Assembly: GCA_903858975.1 (NCBI GenBank)
Contig: CAIOKW010000017.1
Span: 1 to 40,915, forward strand
DNA length: 40,915 nucleotides
Direction: 5' to 3'
From: Oligoflexia bacterium
GTDB lineage: Bacteria; Bdellovibrionota; UBA1018; CAIMNF01
A program made the translations under genes and the position numbers. Shown in pieces: positions 1-9,704 of this stretch (its first letter is position 1; the number at the start of each line of letters is the position of its first letter). Below the pieces are notes generated by a model. That model saw only the letters and a list, made by a program, of their open reading frames with translations. It ran no database searches and had not been told where the DNA came from.

Positions 1-41
1 ATGAACCCGGCAGCGCCGGTAATTAAAATTGCTGCATGCAT
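1..41 (-). CDS. 5' end (first 13 codons) of an NAD-dependent epimerase/dehydratase-type gene running off the left edge
   Basis: The reverse complement of 1-41 reads ATG CAT GCA GCA ATT TTA ATT ACC GGC GCT GCC GGG TTC = MHAAILITGAAGF. This is the Rossmann TGxxGxxG N-terminus typical of SDR sugar-nucleotide enzymes. It is too short for anything more. Confidence 0.4.
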   Translation of the reverse strand, partial: MHAAILITGAAGF

Positions 42-182
42 AAATCCCGAAAATACCATATGACGCATCAATTCAACAAATTATTAGAGTCTCAGCTCTC
101 CCTAATTCAAATACCACTCGAAATGCGTGATTTACTCTTAGCTAAAACTGAGCCATAAATTTAGGAGGGCCAGTCTATTTCT

Positions 183-788
183 ATGACAAAGAAAACAATA
201 CACTTAATAAGACATGCTGAGTCGTCCGCCAATGTAGCGGGAATTGTTTGTGGAAGCTTAGACTACCCATTAACAGATTTAGGCCGGAAACACGCCCTTT
301 CACTCAGCCAAGCATTCCCATTTCAAGCAATTTCATCCCTGCCGTGCTTCACATCCGACCTCATTAGAGCGACGGAAACGGCAAAACTTTTGGGCTTCTC
401 CGAGGTTAGAGCTCTAGCTGGATTAAGAGAAACCAATACCGGCCGATCAAGTACTCTTAAGACTTCAGAATTTCAGATTAAGCATCCGCAATTCAATCAT
501 CACGAAACAAACTTGGACGAACGATATCAAGACGGCGAAACAACACGTGAAATGATTTCTCGCTCCTGGGCCACCTTCAAACAAATAATAGAACCAGAAC
601 TTGAAGTTTCAAATGAGATAGTGATTGTAGCCCATGGCGGCCCGCTCAACGCCATTGCTGGTAGGCTACTGAAGGCCGAGTTTGATGCTTTTCCAATGTT
701 TCTTTTCAAAAACCTTTCTATCATGACACTGATAAAGCCGACCCAAATCAAAACTCACTGGGTCATGGACCTTTTTCATGCACCCTAA
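183..788 (+). CDS. histidine phosphatase family protein (phosphoglycerate-mutase-like)
   Basis: 201-aa ORF. It has an N-terminal IHLIRHAES motif (RHG-type catalytic His), a later VAHGGPL motif (second His), and AGGAGG at 164-169 upstream of the ATG. Confidence 0.8.
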   Translation: MTKKTIHLIRHAESSANVAGIVCGSLDYPLTDLGRKHALSLSQAFPFQAISSLPCFTSDLIRATETAKLLGFSEVRALAGLRETNTGRSSTLKTSEFQIKHPQFNHHETNLDERYQDGETTREMISRSWATFKQIIEPELEVSNEIVIVAHGGPLNAIAGRLLKAEFDAFPMFLFKNLSIMTLIKPTQIKTHWVMDLFHAP

Positions 789-1821
789 GCCCCTTATTAT
801 CAACCGCAGCTCGATTGTAAAGGGTTCACATACCCTATCTAGAAGCATTGAAGAAAGAGTTGTGGAACCCTTATCATGGCTTGCCGAGAAAAATCTTAAA
901 TTCAACTACTCGATAGCCAATGAAGCCTCAGCAAGCGCCCACACTCTCGAAGCACATACCCATTGCATAATGAATCGACCACACAGCGAAAAGGGACTTA
1001 ACTTGTTGCGCATCGCAAAGGAAGCCGGAATAGTTACCATCGTTGATATTGATGACATTCCAATTCTATTTCCAAAGGGTGATCTCGCCGCCCTAACAAA
1101 TCAAAGCAAAAAGTGGTTTTTGATGTGCGCAAAAGAGGCTGATATTATCACTTCCTCCACGCATGCAATTAGTAATTGGATAAAAGAAAACGTTCGCCCT
1201 GACGCCAGTATTGTGATTCCTACAGCAATGAATTTTCAACGGTTTGAATCTAGTCCTGCGCCTTTAGCTTCCCATATAGAAAATTCAATCAGCATTACTA
1301 ATGCGGGTTCCATCAAACTTGGAAACTTTAAAGAAAGCTGGCTTCAAACCACCTCTAAGTTCTTAAAACAGACGGGTTGGATGCTAGATCTAATTTCGGA
1401 TCAAGACACTGATTTTCATGCTGACTTCCCCATTCGAAAGCTTGGGCAAATGCCATGGAGAACCCACAAAGCCTTTTTACTCAAGAATGCTTATCCGCTC
1501 GCATTAGTGCCATTAGCAAGTCGTGAAGATAGCATGCACATGGAATATGCTAAACTAAAGACTCCGACAAAATTCATTTCATATGGAGGCTCTGGCATCC
1601 CCGCAATTTTTTCTGATAACCCGATTTATGCAAACCATGTTTCACACGGCATCACGGGATATATCGCCGGGAACACGGCCGAAGAATGGCACAACGCCCT
1701 CATGGAAATGACATCAAATATCGGACTAAGAAGGAAAATCGCCAATAACGCCAAAGAGTTTGTACGAACCCACCATGAGATTTCAAAAAGTGCAATGGAG
1801 TGGTTGAGACTGTTGGGCTAA
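778..1821 (+). CDS. glycosyltransferase, GT-B (GT1-like) C-terminal domain
   Basis: 347-aa ORF overlapping the upstream gene by 11 nt. The C-terminus KFISYGGSGIPAIFSDNPIYANHVSHGITGYIAGNTAEEW resembles the nucleotide-sugar binding region of GT1/GT4 enzymes. The N-terminal half was not recognised. Confidence 0.6.
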   Translation: MHPKPLIINRSSIVKGSHTLSRSIEERVVEPLSWLAEKNLKFNYSIANEASASAHTLEAHTHCIMNRPHSEKGLNLLRIAKEAGIVTIVDIDDIPILFPKGDLAALTNQSKKWFLMCAKEADIITSSTHAISNWIKENVRPDASIVIPTAMNFQRFESSPAPLASHIENSISITNAGSIKLGNFKESWLQTTSKFLKQTGWMLDLISDQDTDFHADFPIRKLGQMPWRTHKAFLLKNAYPLALVPLASREDSMHMEYAKLKTPTKFISYGGSGIPAIFSDNPIYANHVSHGITGYIAGNTAEEWHNALMEMTSNIGLRRKIANNAKEFVRTHHEISKSAMEWLRLLG

Positions 1822-1943
1822 ATTTCAAAATGCAGCTATCCATTAGCCAAGCTACTTTGAAATCTGCTTTAATTACACAATGGTCAATTTATCGCTAACC
1901 TGTAAAGTCTCTTAAAACACTGAACTGCTGAAACCAGCCTGAG

Positions 1944-3128
1944 CTATTCACCCAAGGCCTTTGCCAGAATGTCGCGGACGCCTGCAAGCTCCGTCTTCAC
2001 TGAATAGTGATGATTACCAATGAAAAAGCCCCACTTGTCAATCCGCTCGGCATTTTTCAACTGCCCATGAATCTCGTAATCAAAATACTTTACCACTTCA
2101 TTCTTTGCAAAGTTTCCTGCCACTATGGGGCGGCACTCAACGCCATTCCTTATTAAGTGCTCCACCACGTCACGCCTTGAGTTAGCATCACCATTCAAAA
2201 CAAAACTGAATCCAAACCAGCTACTAGAGCCAATTTCCTTCTGCGTCCGTACCCCCTTGAGTGAGCAGAAGAGCTCTTGGAAGACTCGAGCATTTTCTTG
2301 CCTTTCGGAGACAAATCCTGGGAGCTTCTTGAGCTGACGAATGCCGATGGCCCCGGCCATTTCCAATGGGCGAACATTGTATCCCGGCAGGACAAACTTA
2401 AATGACTCATCGAAATCAAAATCACTCTTCGTACCCGTTACTCGGTTATGTTTTGGTAAATTTCTAGTCCAACCATGTGCCCTGAGACACAAAAGAATGT
2501 GGTACAGCTCCTCGTCATCCGTTACAACAAAGCCCCCCTCCATAGTGGCCATATGATGACTAAAAAAAGTACTGAAAGTCCCCATAATCCCAAAAGTACC
2601 CGCTTGGCGCCCTCGGTAAACTGCACCCATAGACTCACAATTATCCTCGAGTAAGATTATATCCCTGCCGGCTATGATCTTTTGGATTTCATTAAAGTCA
2701 TTAGGGTTTCCAAGGAGGTTGACGGCCAATATGGCGCGAGTATTTTCGGAAACCGCGCTTTTGAGATCCTCTAGATTAAAGTTTAATGTATCGATATCGA
2801 CATCCACAAACTTCAATTTAAGACCGTACTGATACAAAGGATAATAAGTAGTGCTCCAAGAGACCGCCGGCACAATGACCTCATCTCCCCGTTTGAGCTT
2901 GCCTTTAATGGTATAAAAAAGCGCTGCAATCATTATTAGATTGGCAGTTGATCCAGAGCTGCACATGACAGCATAGCGGCTACCGATGTATTTACAGAAG
3001 TCCTGCTCAAAGGTCTGCACCTTTTCCCCCATTGTGAATCGATCGAGACTGACCGTTTCGCGAATCGCCTCTCTCTCAGCGTCGTCCCAAGTTGTGGAAG
3101 CCAAGGGGTACAATAAACCCATATGCAA
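1944..3128 (-). CDS. colD: GDP-4-keto-6-deoxy-D-mannose 3-dehydratase (ColD), DegT/DnrJ/EryC1 family
   Basis: 394-aa ORF. Blocks recalled from E. coli O55 ColD run along the full length: YPLASTTWDD, VPAVSWSTTYYPL, NLLGNPNDFNEIQKI, ILLEDNCESMGA, LCLRAHGWTRNLP, FKFVLPGYNVRPLEM, SSWFGFSF. The usual PLP-Lys position is His (FFSHHMATMEGG), which is the ColD hallmark. Confidence 0.9.
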   Translation of the reverse strand: MHMGLLYPLASTTWDDAEREAIRETVSLDRFTMGEKVQTFEQDFCKYIGSRYAVMCSSGSTANLIMIAALFYTIKGKLKRGDEVIVPAVSWSTTYYPLYQYGLKLKFVDVDIDTLNFNLEDLKSAVSENTRAILAVNLLGNPNDFNEIQKIIAGRDIILLEDNCESMGAVYRGRQAGTFGIMGTFSTFFSHHMATMEGGFVVTDDEELYHILLCLRAHGWTRNLPKHNRVTGTKSDFDFDESFKFVLPGYNVRPLEMAGAIGIRQLKKLPGFVSERQENARVFQELFCSLKGVRTQKEIGSSSWFGFSFVLNGDANSRRDVVEHLIRNGVECRPIVAGNFAKNEVVKYFDYEIHGQLKNAERIDKWGFFIGNHHYSVKTELAGVRDILAKALGE

Positions 3129-3233
3129 ATACTCCGTTCTGTGAGGCTAAAATAGCCGTAAGCCATGAAAATTTCAATAAAAAATTGATTTTTAAACACG
3201 CCGCTGGTACTTTGTTTTAGGCGGAAAACTTAA

Positions 3234-4286
3234 ATGAAAAAGGCATTAATTACCGGAATAACTGGGCAAGACGGATCCTATCTTACTGAGCTGTTGCTGG
3301 AAAAGAATTATGAGGTTCACGGCATCATTCGCCGCTCATCTAGTTTTAACACGGGTAGAATCATTCACCTTTATAGGGACTTGCACGAAGTAGATAATCG
3401 CCTGTTTTTGCACTATGGCGATATGAGCGACGCAAGTGGCTTAGAGAAACTAATCAACCAGATTAAGCCAAGCGAGATTTATAACTTAGCGGCACAGAGC
3501 CACGTTCGCGTTTCCTATGATTCCCCAATCTATACTGCCGACACAACGGGCATGGGCGCCCTAAGGATCTTGGAAGCCATCAAGAACTCTGGCATTGCAG
3601 GTGACGTCAGGTTCTATCAAGCGTCTAGCTCTGAGATGTGTGGGAAAGTCCACGCCGTTCCCCAGTCCGAATCCACCCCCTTCCACCCCAGGAGTCCCTA
3701 TGCCTGCGCAAAAGTTTACGCCCACTACCAAACCATGAATTACCGCGAGAGCTACGGATTGCACGCGTCGAATGGGATTCTATTCAATCATGAAAGTCCT
3801 CGCAGAGGAGAAACCTTCGTAACTCGCAAGATCACCCGCGGAATTGCACGAATCATCGCCAAAAAGGAAAAGAAGATTTACCTGGGTAATCTAGACGCAA
3901 AAAGGGACTGGGGCTATGCGAAGGACTACGTTGAGGCAATGTGGCTTATGCTTCAACAGCAAAATCCAGATGACTATGTGATTGCAACGGGCCAAACCTG
4001 GACCGTGAAGGAATTCCTAGACAAGGCTTTTGCACTTTTTGAACTCGAAAGTTCATCTTTTTACGAAATCGATCCAAGATACTTCAGGCCCGCCGAAGTG
4101 GACCTACTGATCGGCGACGCAACCAAAGCAAAAAAAATCCTGGGCTGGGAAACCAAGACTTCTTTTGATTCGCTTATTCGAATAATGGTAAAATCTGACC
4201 TGGTCGACCAACTTGGCACGCACGAGCCCGCTAAGATCCAATCCATTATCGGAAAAAGCGCATACAACAATATTTTCGGAGCATGA
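3234..4286 (+). CDS. gmd: GDP-mannose 4,6-dehydratase
   Basis: 350-aa ORF. It has the classic Gmd N-terminus [43 protein letters not shown], plus YACAKVYA (Y-x3-K) and [18 protein letters not shown]. Confidence 0.95.
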   Translation: MKKALITGITGQDGSYLTELLLEKNYEVHGIIRRSSSFNTGRIIHLYRDLHEVDNRLFLHYGDMSDASGLEKLINQIKPSEIYNLAAQSHVRVSYDSPIYTADTTGMGALRILEAIKNSGIAGDVRFYQASSSEMCGKVHAVPQSESTPFHPRSPYACAKVYAHYQTMNYRESYGLHASNGILFNHESPRRGETFVTRKITRGIARIIAKKEKKIYLGNLDAKRDWGYAKDYVEAMWLMLQQQNPDDYVIATGQTWTVKEFLDKAFALFELESSSFYEIDPRYFRPAEVDLLIGDATKAKKILGWETKTSFDSLIRIMVKSDLVDQLGTHEPAKIQSIIGKSAYNNIFGA

Positions 4287-4287
4287 C

Positions 4288-4998
4288 ATGAAGATCGCCC
4301 TTTGCCTCCTTACTAGGAATGAACACGAATGCCTAAAGGTGATCTTCCCAAAAATTCCGCCACCGACTCCTGAATCTGGATACGACTCAATCTATGCGAT
4401 TGACGGAGGGTCCGTAGATGGAACTATCGAGTATTTTAAAGAGCATAATGTCCCCGTAATAGGACAATCAAAACGGGGCCGGGGTGAGGCCTTTCTGCTT
4501 GCGTTCAAGCAAATTGATGCTGATGCCTACATCTTTTTTTCCCCAGACGGAAACGAAGAGATTGACGACCTACCGCAATTCAGAAAACACCTTGAATCCG
4601 GCGCGGACCTGGTGATTGCCTCTAGAATGATGCCTGGCGCCTTTAATGAAGAAGATGTGTCTTTTTGGCGGCCCAGAAAATGGGCGAACAAAGTCTTCAA
4701 CCTTTTAGCCAATTTATTCTTCCGAGATTCTAGCCATAATTCATTCGTCACGGATTCGATCAACGGATACCGAGCAATAAAAAAAACCGCCGCCAACACG
4801 CTTGCGCTCGATGCATCTGATTACACCATCGAATACCAGATGACCATGAGGGCACTTTCCACTAACTTAAACATTCAAGAATTCCCAACCCATGAGGGGC
4901 AAAGGGTTGCGGGCGAAACTGGCGCGCAAAGTATTCCTACCGGTGTTCGATTCATCAAGCGCTTCATTTCCGAGCTCAAAAGGAAGAATGCAAAATGA
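4288..4998 (+). CDS. GT2 glycosyltransferase, polyprenyl-phosphate sugar synthase-like (DPM1/GtrB/ArnC-like)
   Basis: The ATG at 4288 lies 1 nt after the gmd stop, and the longer ORF from 4213 overlaps gmd, so the short form is preferred. Motifs: LLTRNE...AIDGGSVDGT, FSPDGNE (DxD-like), RKWANKVFNLLANLFF, INGYRAI. No C-terminal TM helices were seen. Confidence 0.75.
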   Translation: MKIALCLLTRNEHECLKVIFPKIPPPTPESGYDSIYAIDGGSVDGTIEYFKEHNVPVIGQSKRGRGEAFLLAFKQIDADAYIFFSPDGNEEIDDLPQFRKHLESGADLVIASRMMPGAFNEEDVSFWRPRKWANKVFNLLANLFFRDSSHNSFVTDSINGYRAIKKTAANTLALDASDYTIEYQMTMRALSTNLNIQEFPTHEGQRVAGETGAQSIPTGVRFIKRFISELKRKNAK

Positions 4999-5918
4999 AA
5001 GTCTGGATCACCGGTGCATCAGGAATGGTCGGAAAAAACCTGATCGAAGCCTCAGCGGGGCTTTCGTATGTGATTTCCGGTACAGGAAGAGATGTTGACT
5101 TGTTTGAGCCAGCCGCCATTCGGGATCATATCAGGGCTTTTAGGCCAGATCTTATAATTCACGCGGCAGGCAAAGTCGGAGGCATTCAAGCGAACATGGC
5201 AGCTAAAGATTCATTTCTGTATGAGAATACAGTCATGGGTTTGAATCTCGTTCGCGAAGCCAGTAGGGCTAAAGTGCCCAGACTTCTGAATCTTGGTAGC
5301 TCTTGCATGTATCCGAAGGATTTGGGTAAACCGCTGGCAGAGCAAGACCTTTTGCAAGCGCCTCTGGAACCGACAAACGAAGGGTATGCTCTAGCCAAGA
5401 TCGTGGTCGCAAAAATGTGCGAGTACCTTACTAAATCCAATTCTGCCGTTTCTTACAAAACTTTGATTCCATGCAACCTTTATGGCAGGTGGGATCATTT
5501 TGAGTCCAGCCGCTCTCATTTAATTCCATCGATTATTGTGAAGATCCGAACAGCTATGATAGAGGGCATTCATGAAATCGAGATCTGGGGAACAGGAGAG
5601 GCTCGGCGCGAGTTCATGTACTCCGGCGATTTCGCCCAAGCAGTTTTTAATCTCATTAAACATTATGACGAAATTCCTGAATATTTGAATGTGGGCCTCG
5701 GGTATGACTATTCGATCAACGAATACTATCAAGCGGCAGCGAAGGTTGCTGGGTTTCACGGAACATTCCGACATAACGCTGATCGCCCAACTGGAATGAA
5801 ACAAAAACTAATGGATATTGGCAAATTGCCTGATTACGCCAAAGTCGATTCTGGACTTGAACAGGGGCTGCTGAAGACATTTCAATTTTATGTTGCCATC
5901 CAAAAAAGTAATCACTGA
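4995..5918 (+). CDS. colC: GDP-L-colitose synthase / GDP-L-fucose synthase family SDR (epimerase-reductase)
   Basis: 307-aa ORF with an ATGA overlap to the upstream gene. It is collinear with E. coli Fcl blocks: ITGASGMVG, AAGKVGGI, LGSSCMYPK, PLEPTNEGYALAKI, PCNLYG, WGTGEARREF. It is called ColC because colD lies in the same locus. Sequence alone does not separate Fcl from ColC. Confidence 0.8.
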   Translation: MKVWITGASGMVGKNLIEASAGLSYVISGTGRDVDLFEPAAIRDHIRAFRPDLIIHAAGKVGGIQANMAAKDSFLYENTVMGLNLVREASRAKVPRLLNLGSSCMYPKDLGKPLAEQDLLQAPLEPTNEGYALAKIVVAKMCEYLTKSNSAVSYKTLIPCNLYGRWDHFESSRSHLIPSIIVKIRTAMIEGIHEIEIWGTGEARREFMYSGDFAQAVFNLIKHYDEIPEYLNVGLGYDYSINEYYQAAAKVAGFHGTFRHNADRPTGMKQKLMDIGKLPDYAKVDSGLEQGLLKTFQFYVAIQKSNH

Positions 5919-7497
5919 GATAAATATTCCATCTCTCGGCTTCACCCACTTGGGGCCCGTTAAGCCCCTCTCTCCAGAAGCCATGGAGTACATACGCAAT
6001 AGATCAAATCTGATTGTTCCGACTATCTTAGCGGATGATTGTATTTTTTTCCTGAATATAGGAACAACAAGCGCGATTCCAGGAAATGCACATGCTTGTG
6101 TAGTCTGGAGTGGCGACGCCAACTTTCTGAGTAGAAACCGCGACGCTGCACTTTTGCAAACACGTTACTTCATCCTCGACGGAGAGAAGCCTTTCTTAAA
6201 GCTAGCTACAGGGGACAATCCCGACGAATTCATGATCGCATTTAGAACCCGGCACCTTACAGCTCTGCGGACTGAAATCGTGCGTGCTCCCCTGGACTTT
6301 CTTAGGAAGTCCGCACCGATAAAAAAAGCTCAAATTGTACTCTACCCGCTTATCAGCCCTACACATTTTTGGACATGGGGAAGTGGTAGAGAAGAAACCC
6401 TCGAGGACGACCCTTGGGCATTCGCCGTTGGTGATTCTGCTCCCAAAAGGGTTTCAGAGCACATTTCAATGGCTATGGGCACTTTTGATGAGCCCACCTT
6501 ACTCACCGTTAATATTTCTTTAGATCAGTTTCTATCGGCTCCACCTCCAGTTCCGACAATTAACCACTCCTATGAGTCTTGTGCAAAGGCTGCATATGCC
6601 GGTGGGCACATAGTCAACCTACAATCGCATCGTGGACTTTTAAAGACTGTAGAGCTAACAGACCTCCTCACGGAAACTCACAACAAGGTCTGCTCTTTTA
6701 GTATTGTCATTCCTTATTACAAACACTTCGATCTACTCAAGGACTGCCTAGAAAGCATCAGCAAAGCCATTTCGTTTGCGCCCAACACGGTTTCAGAAAT
6801 TGAGGTCATTCTGATCAATGATGATCCGGGGATCAATTTGACGTCGGCGTTAAAAAGTCTTTCCTACTTAACCCAGCTGAACATATCCATAATCGAGAAT
6901 TCAGAAAACCTGGGTATCACAACTACCTTAAATACGGGCATCGCAGCGGCCCGATATGAATGGATATTATTCGTGGATTGTGACGATGTATTGTCAGAGA
7001 GTTGCTTCGAGTCATTGGTTCAGGCAATAAAATCCCACCCTGAAACAGGCTATATCAGTACCAACATGATCGATTTAGTTCATGAGACCGGAAAAACATT
7101 GCCCAGGCCTAGAACTGAAAATCAAGAGCAGCTGATGAATGGGATGTTTGCTGGACACCTAAAATGTATTCGTAAATCCGCGCTCACCATCCTTGGACTT
7201 CTAGACGATGCTTTCGAGGGTTGTCAAGACTTTGAGTTTGCACTGAGATATAGTTTATTTGGTCCCATTTTATTCAGTGATGCATTCGCCTATCAGTATT
7301 CCTGGCACCGAAACACCCAGTCGGTTTCAAGATACCATCGAAACCGGATCACTGCAGATAAGGCCAGGGCTTTTTATCTTTGGTTACAACAAATGGGCCC
7401 GCTTCCAATGAAAAGGGATCAAAGACTGAATGCCCTAAAATCAGCTTCGATGCGGTTTCACCAAATTGATGTCAGACAGAACGACTCCGATACGTAA
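5890..7497 (+). CDS. two-domain protein: unknown N-terminal domain (about 260 aa) plus C-terminal GT2 glycosyltransferase
   Basis: 535-aa ORF. The GT2 signature starts at FSIVIPYYKHFDLLKDCLESI, followed by LINDDPG and FVDCDD (DxD). The start is uncertain: ATG 5890 overlaps colC by 29 nt, and an alternative ATG lies at 5983. Confidence 0.75.
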   Translation: MLPSKKVITEINIPSLGFTHLGPVKPLSPEAMEYIRNRSNLIVPTILADDCIFFLNIGTTSAIPGNAHACVVWSGDANFLSRNRDAALLQTRYFILDGEKPFLKLATGDNPDEFMIAFRTRHLTALRTEIVRAPLDFLRKSAPIKKAQIVLYPLISPTHFWTWGSGREETLEDDPWAFAVGDSAPKRVSEHISMAMGTFDEPTLLTVNISLDQFLSAPPPVPTINHSYESCAKAAYAGGHIVNLQSHRGLLKTVELTDLLTETHNKVCSFSIVIPYYKHFDLLKDCLESISKAISFAPNTVSEIEVILINDDPGINLTSALKSLSYLTQLNISIIENSENLGITTTLNTGIAAARYEWILFVDCDDVLSESCFESLVQAIKSHPETGYISTNMIDLVHETGKTLPRPRTENQEQLMNGMFAGHLKCIRKSALTILGLLDDAFEGCQDFEFALRYSLFGPILFSDAFAYQYSWHRNTQSVSRYHRNRITADKARAFYLWLQQMGPLPMKRDQRLNALKSASMRFHQIDVRQNDSDT

Positions 7498-7518
7498 AGA
7501 AGCAAATGAGAATTCGTT

Positions 7519-8340
7519 ATGAAAACAAACATCTGTATAAATCAAATCTTCTTTCGCCCCGAACAAGCAGCTCGATTGGATACTGCCTTCGTCCCTTTTG
7601 ACAACTCCAGGTCAAACAAGCCCCTTCAATACGAGTATGGGGTGATGTGCGACATCCATGACCGCCAACTTCAGCTACAAGCAGAGCTCACTGGCGTGGT
7701 GTCTTATAAATTCGTTGAAAAAACGAGGGTTTCCCCAGCTGATTTCTTACGTTGGATTGATCAGAACCCGGGATATGACGTGTACTTCATTAACCCCTTC
7801 CCGCATGAAAGTTACTTCGGCTACAACATTTGGGATCACGGAGAGAATTGCCACCCCGGAATCATAAGCCTCGCTCAAGAAGCCATTGACGCAACCGGGG
7901 CAGAGATAAACTTATCGGCACTTCCACGGTCCACTAAACATAACCTATTGTTCTGTAACTTTTGGGTCGGCACAGCGGCTTTTTGGTACAAATACATGAA
8001 GTTCACACGACCCCTGGCTGAATACATGATGTCAAAACCAGAGAAGTACTTTTCAGCCGCAAAGTATCACGAAGGTGTTCATGCTCCCTACTTTCCTTTT
8101 ATAACCGAAAGACTTTTTACAACCCTTCTTTCTACAGATCCGTCCATCAAGTCCCTCGCGTGGCAACATGATGAGGATTCGGTAGTGAATAGAATAAATG
8201 AAATTAAGATCCATAATATCCACGCACAAGTGAAGCCATGCATTGACCTTCTTGATAAAATCCTCGAAACCAATGAAAACATGGCTATAAAGCGTTCACT
8301 TTTTAATGAGATTACGAGGCTTGCCTGGAGGTGGACATGA
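7519..8340 (+). CDS. hypothetical protein, no recognisable domain
   Basis: 273-aa ORF tightly packed in the same-strand run of glycosyltransferase genes, with its stop overlapping the next start. No TM segment or signal peptide is apparent and no motif was recognised. Confidence 0.6.
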   Translation: MKTNICINQIFFRPEQAARLDTAFVPFDNSRSNKPLQYEYGVMCDIHDRQLQLQAELTGVVSYKFVEKTRVSPADFLRWIDQNPGYDVYFINPFPHESYFGYNIWDHGENCHPGIISLAQEAIDATGAEINLSALPRSTKHNLLFCNFWVGTAAFWYKYMKFTRPLAEYMMSKPEKYFSAAKYHEGVHAPYFPFITERLFTTLLSTDPSIKSLAWQHDEDSVVNRINEIKIHNIHAQVKPCIDLLDKILETNENMAIKRSLFNEITRLAWRWT

Positions 8341-9704
8341 ATACTAACGAAAAACTAAAACACCTATTAGCCTATCTCAGATCTTCCTCAAATGAGGTAG
8401 TTCAGGACCAAGCTATTTCAATCAGTAATCTTTTTATGTCCCTTTACCGCATTAGACCAGATGTGGAAGCAGCATTTGATATCAATACTGAACCCGGCCG
8501 CCGTGGATTCATCGATTGGATCTTCAGATATGGATATTCTGAGATGTTTTCCCACTTGGTCTCAGGTGAGTTTACGGGGTCCGAGAAACCAAGCAATTTT
8601 GGAGTGAATGCCGTTGGATACTCGAAAGGCGAACTCGGCTTGGGTGAAGATATCCGAATGACTTGTCGTGCATTGATGAGCGCAGGAATACCCATTAGCG
8701 TTTTTCCGATATCGGCTAATAATGGGCTTCCAGAGATGGATCAAAGTCTCGTCGCTTATGAGCGGACCACCCTGCCCCACCCGATTTCAATCTTCAACAT
8801 GCCACCCATGATGCAATTTGGATTACTCTACCGGCATGGAGGCTCGATCTTCAAAGACCGCTACAATATCGGATTCTGGGCCTGGGAGCTAGAACGCTGG
8901 CCAGTAAAAGCCAACCATTGCTATGAAGTAGTAAATGAGATCTGGACCATCAGCAACTTCGTCAAGGATTCCTTTTCCGAGGCCATCGGGATCCCGATAC
9001 ACGTTATGCCCCAAACCGTAATTGTGCCTGACCCAGTACCATTCGACTTTTTGGCGTATGGAATTAATGCCAATTGTTTCAAGTTTTTGTTCGCATTTGA
9101 TTTCAATTCCTCGACTCGGAGGAAAAATCCAGAAGGATGCATCAAGGCATTTAAGTTGGCTTTTGCAGGGAATGAAAATGCATCGTTAGTCATCAAAGTG
9201 ATGGTGGGTAACGAATCGAAACCGGAATGGAAAGCGCTGCTAAAAGAAATTGATGGTGATCCACGAATCATAATCATCAACAAGGTGATGAGCCGCGCAG
9301 AAGCCTTTTCTCTAATTTCAAGTGCAGATTGTTTTGTAAGTTTACATCGCAGCGAGGGCTTTGGAAGAGGTATCGCCGAAGCGATGGCATATAAAAAGCC
9401 ATGCATCGTTACAAATTACTCAGGAAATACTGACTTCTGTAATGATGATAATTCATACCTGGTTAATTACAATCGGGTTGAACTCAAAGAGAATGATTAT
9501 CCATTTATGCTTGGAGAAGTTAATTACTGGGCGGAACCATCAGTTGAGCACGCCGCTTTACAAATGCGCCGAGTTCTGGAAAACACTGATGAAAGAACCA
9601 AAAAGGGGGTTCGTGCATTTGAAACGATACAGGCAATGTATTCACCCGAAGTGACCTCAAAAGCCTATTCGCATAGACTTTACGAGTTACAACAAAAATT
9701 GTAA
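8337..9704 (+). CDS. GT4 (GT1-type) glycosyltransferase with N-terminal extension
   Basis: The ORF track starts at GTG 8331. ATG 8337 forms an ATGA overlap with the upstream stop. The C-terminal E-x7-E region is HRSEGFGRGIAEAMAYKKPCIVTNYSGNTDF. Confidence 0.85.
   Translation: MNTNEKLKHLLAYLRSSSNEVVQDQAISISNLFMSLYRIRPDVEAAFDINTEPGRRGFIDWIFRYGYSEMFSHLVSGEFTGSEKPSNFGVNAVGYSKGELGLGEDIRMTCRALMSAGIPISVFPISANNGLPEMDQSLVAYERTTLPHPISIFNMPPMMQFGLLYRHGGSIFKDRYNIGFWAWELERWPVKANHCYEVVNEIWTISNFVKDSFSEAIGIPIHVMPQTVIVPDPVPFDFLAYGINANCFKFLFAFDFNSSTRRKNPEGCIKAFKLAFAGNENASLVIKVMVGNESKPEWKALLKEIDGDPRIIIINKVMSRAEAFSLISSADCFVSLHRSEGFGRGIAEAMAYKKPCIVTNYSGNTDFCNDDNSYLVNYNRVELKENDYPFMLGEVNYWAEPSVEHAALQMRRVLENTDERTKKGVRAFETIQAMYSPEVTSKAYSHRLYELQQKL

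Noticed and set aside
1822-1863. A hairpin ATTTCAAA...TTTGAAAT between the convergent GT and colD genes as a bidirectional terminator.
   Set aside because: The stem is almost entirely A/T with a loop of about 26 nt and no clear U-tract, so it is thermodynamically weak.
4213-4287. N-terminal extensions of four ORF-track entries: 4213-4287, 16019-16117, 32885-32959 and 38520-38615.
   Set aside because: The extensions overlap the preceding genes and contain no family sequence. Internal ATGs (4288, 16118, 32960, 38519) give canonical N-termini or signal peptides and tight stop-start coupling.
8921-9406. 161-aa ORF antisense to the GT4 gene. Similar long shadow ORFs occur at 10062-10451, 11327-11716, 12554-12928, 17225-17548 and 25738-26082.
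   Set aside because: Each lies entirely inside a much longer ORF with recognisable family motifs. Their translations are low-complexity or Ser/Arg/Leu-rich with no motifs, which is typical of shadow frames.
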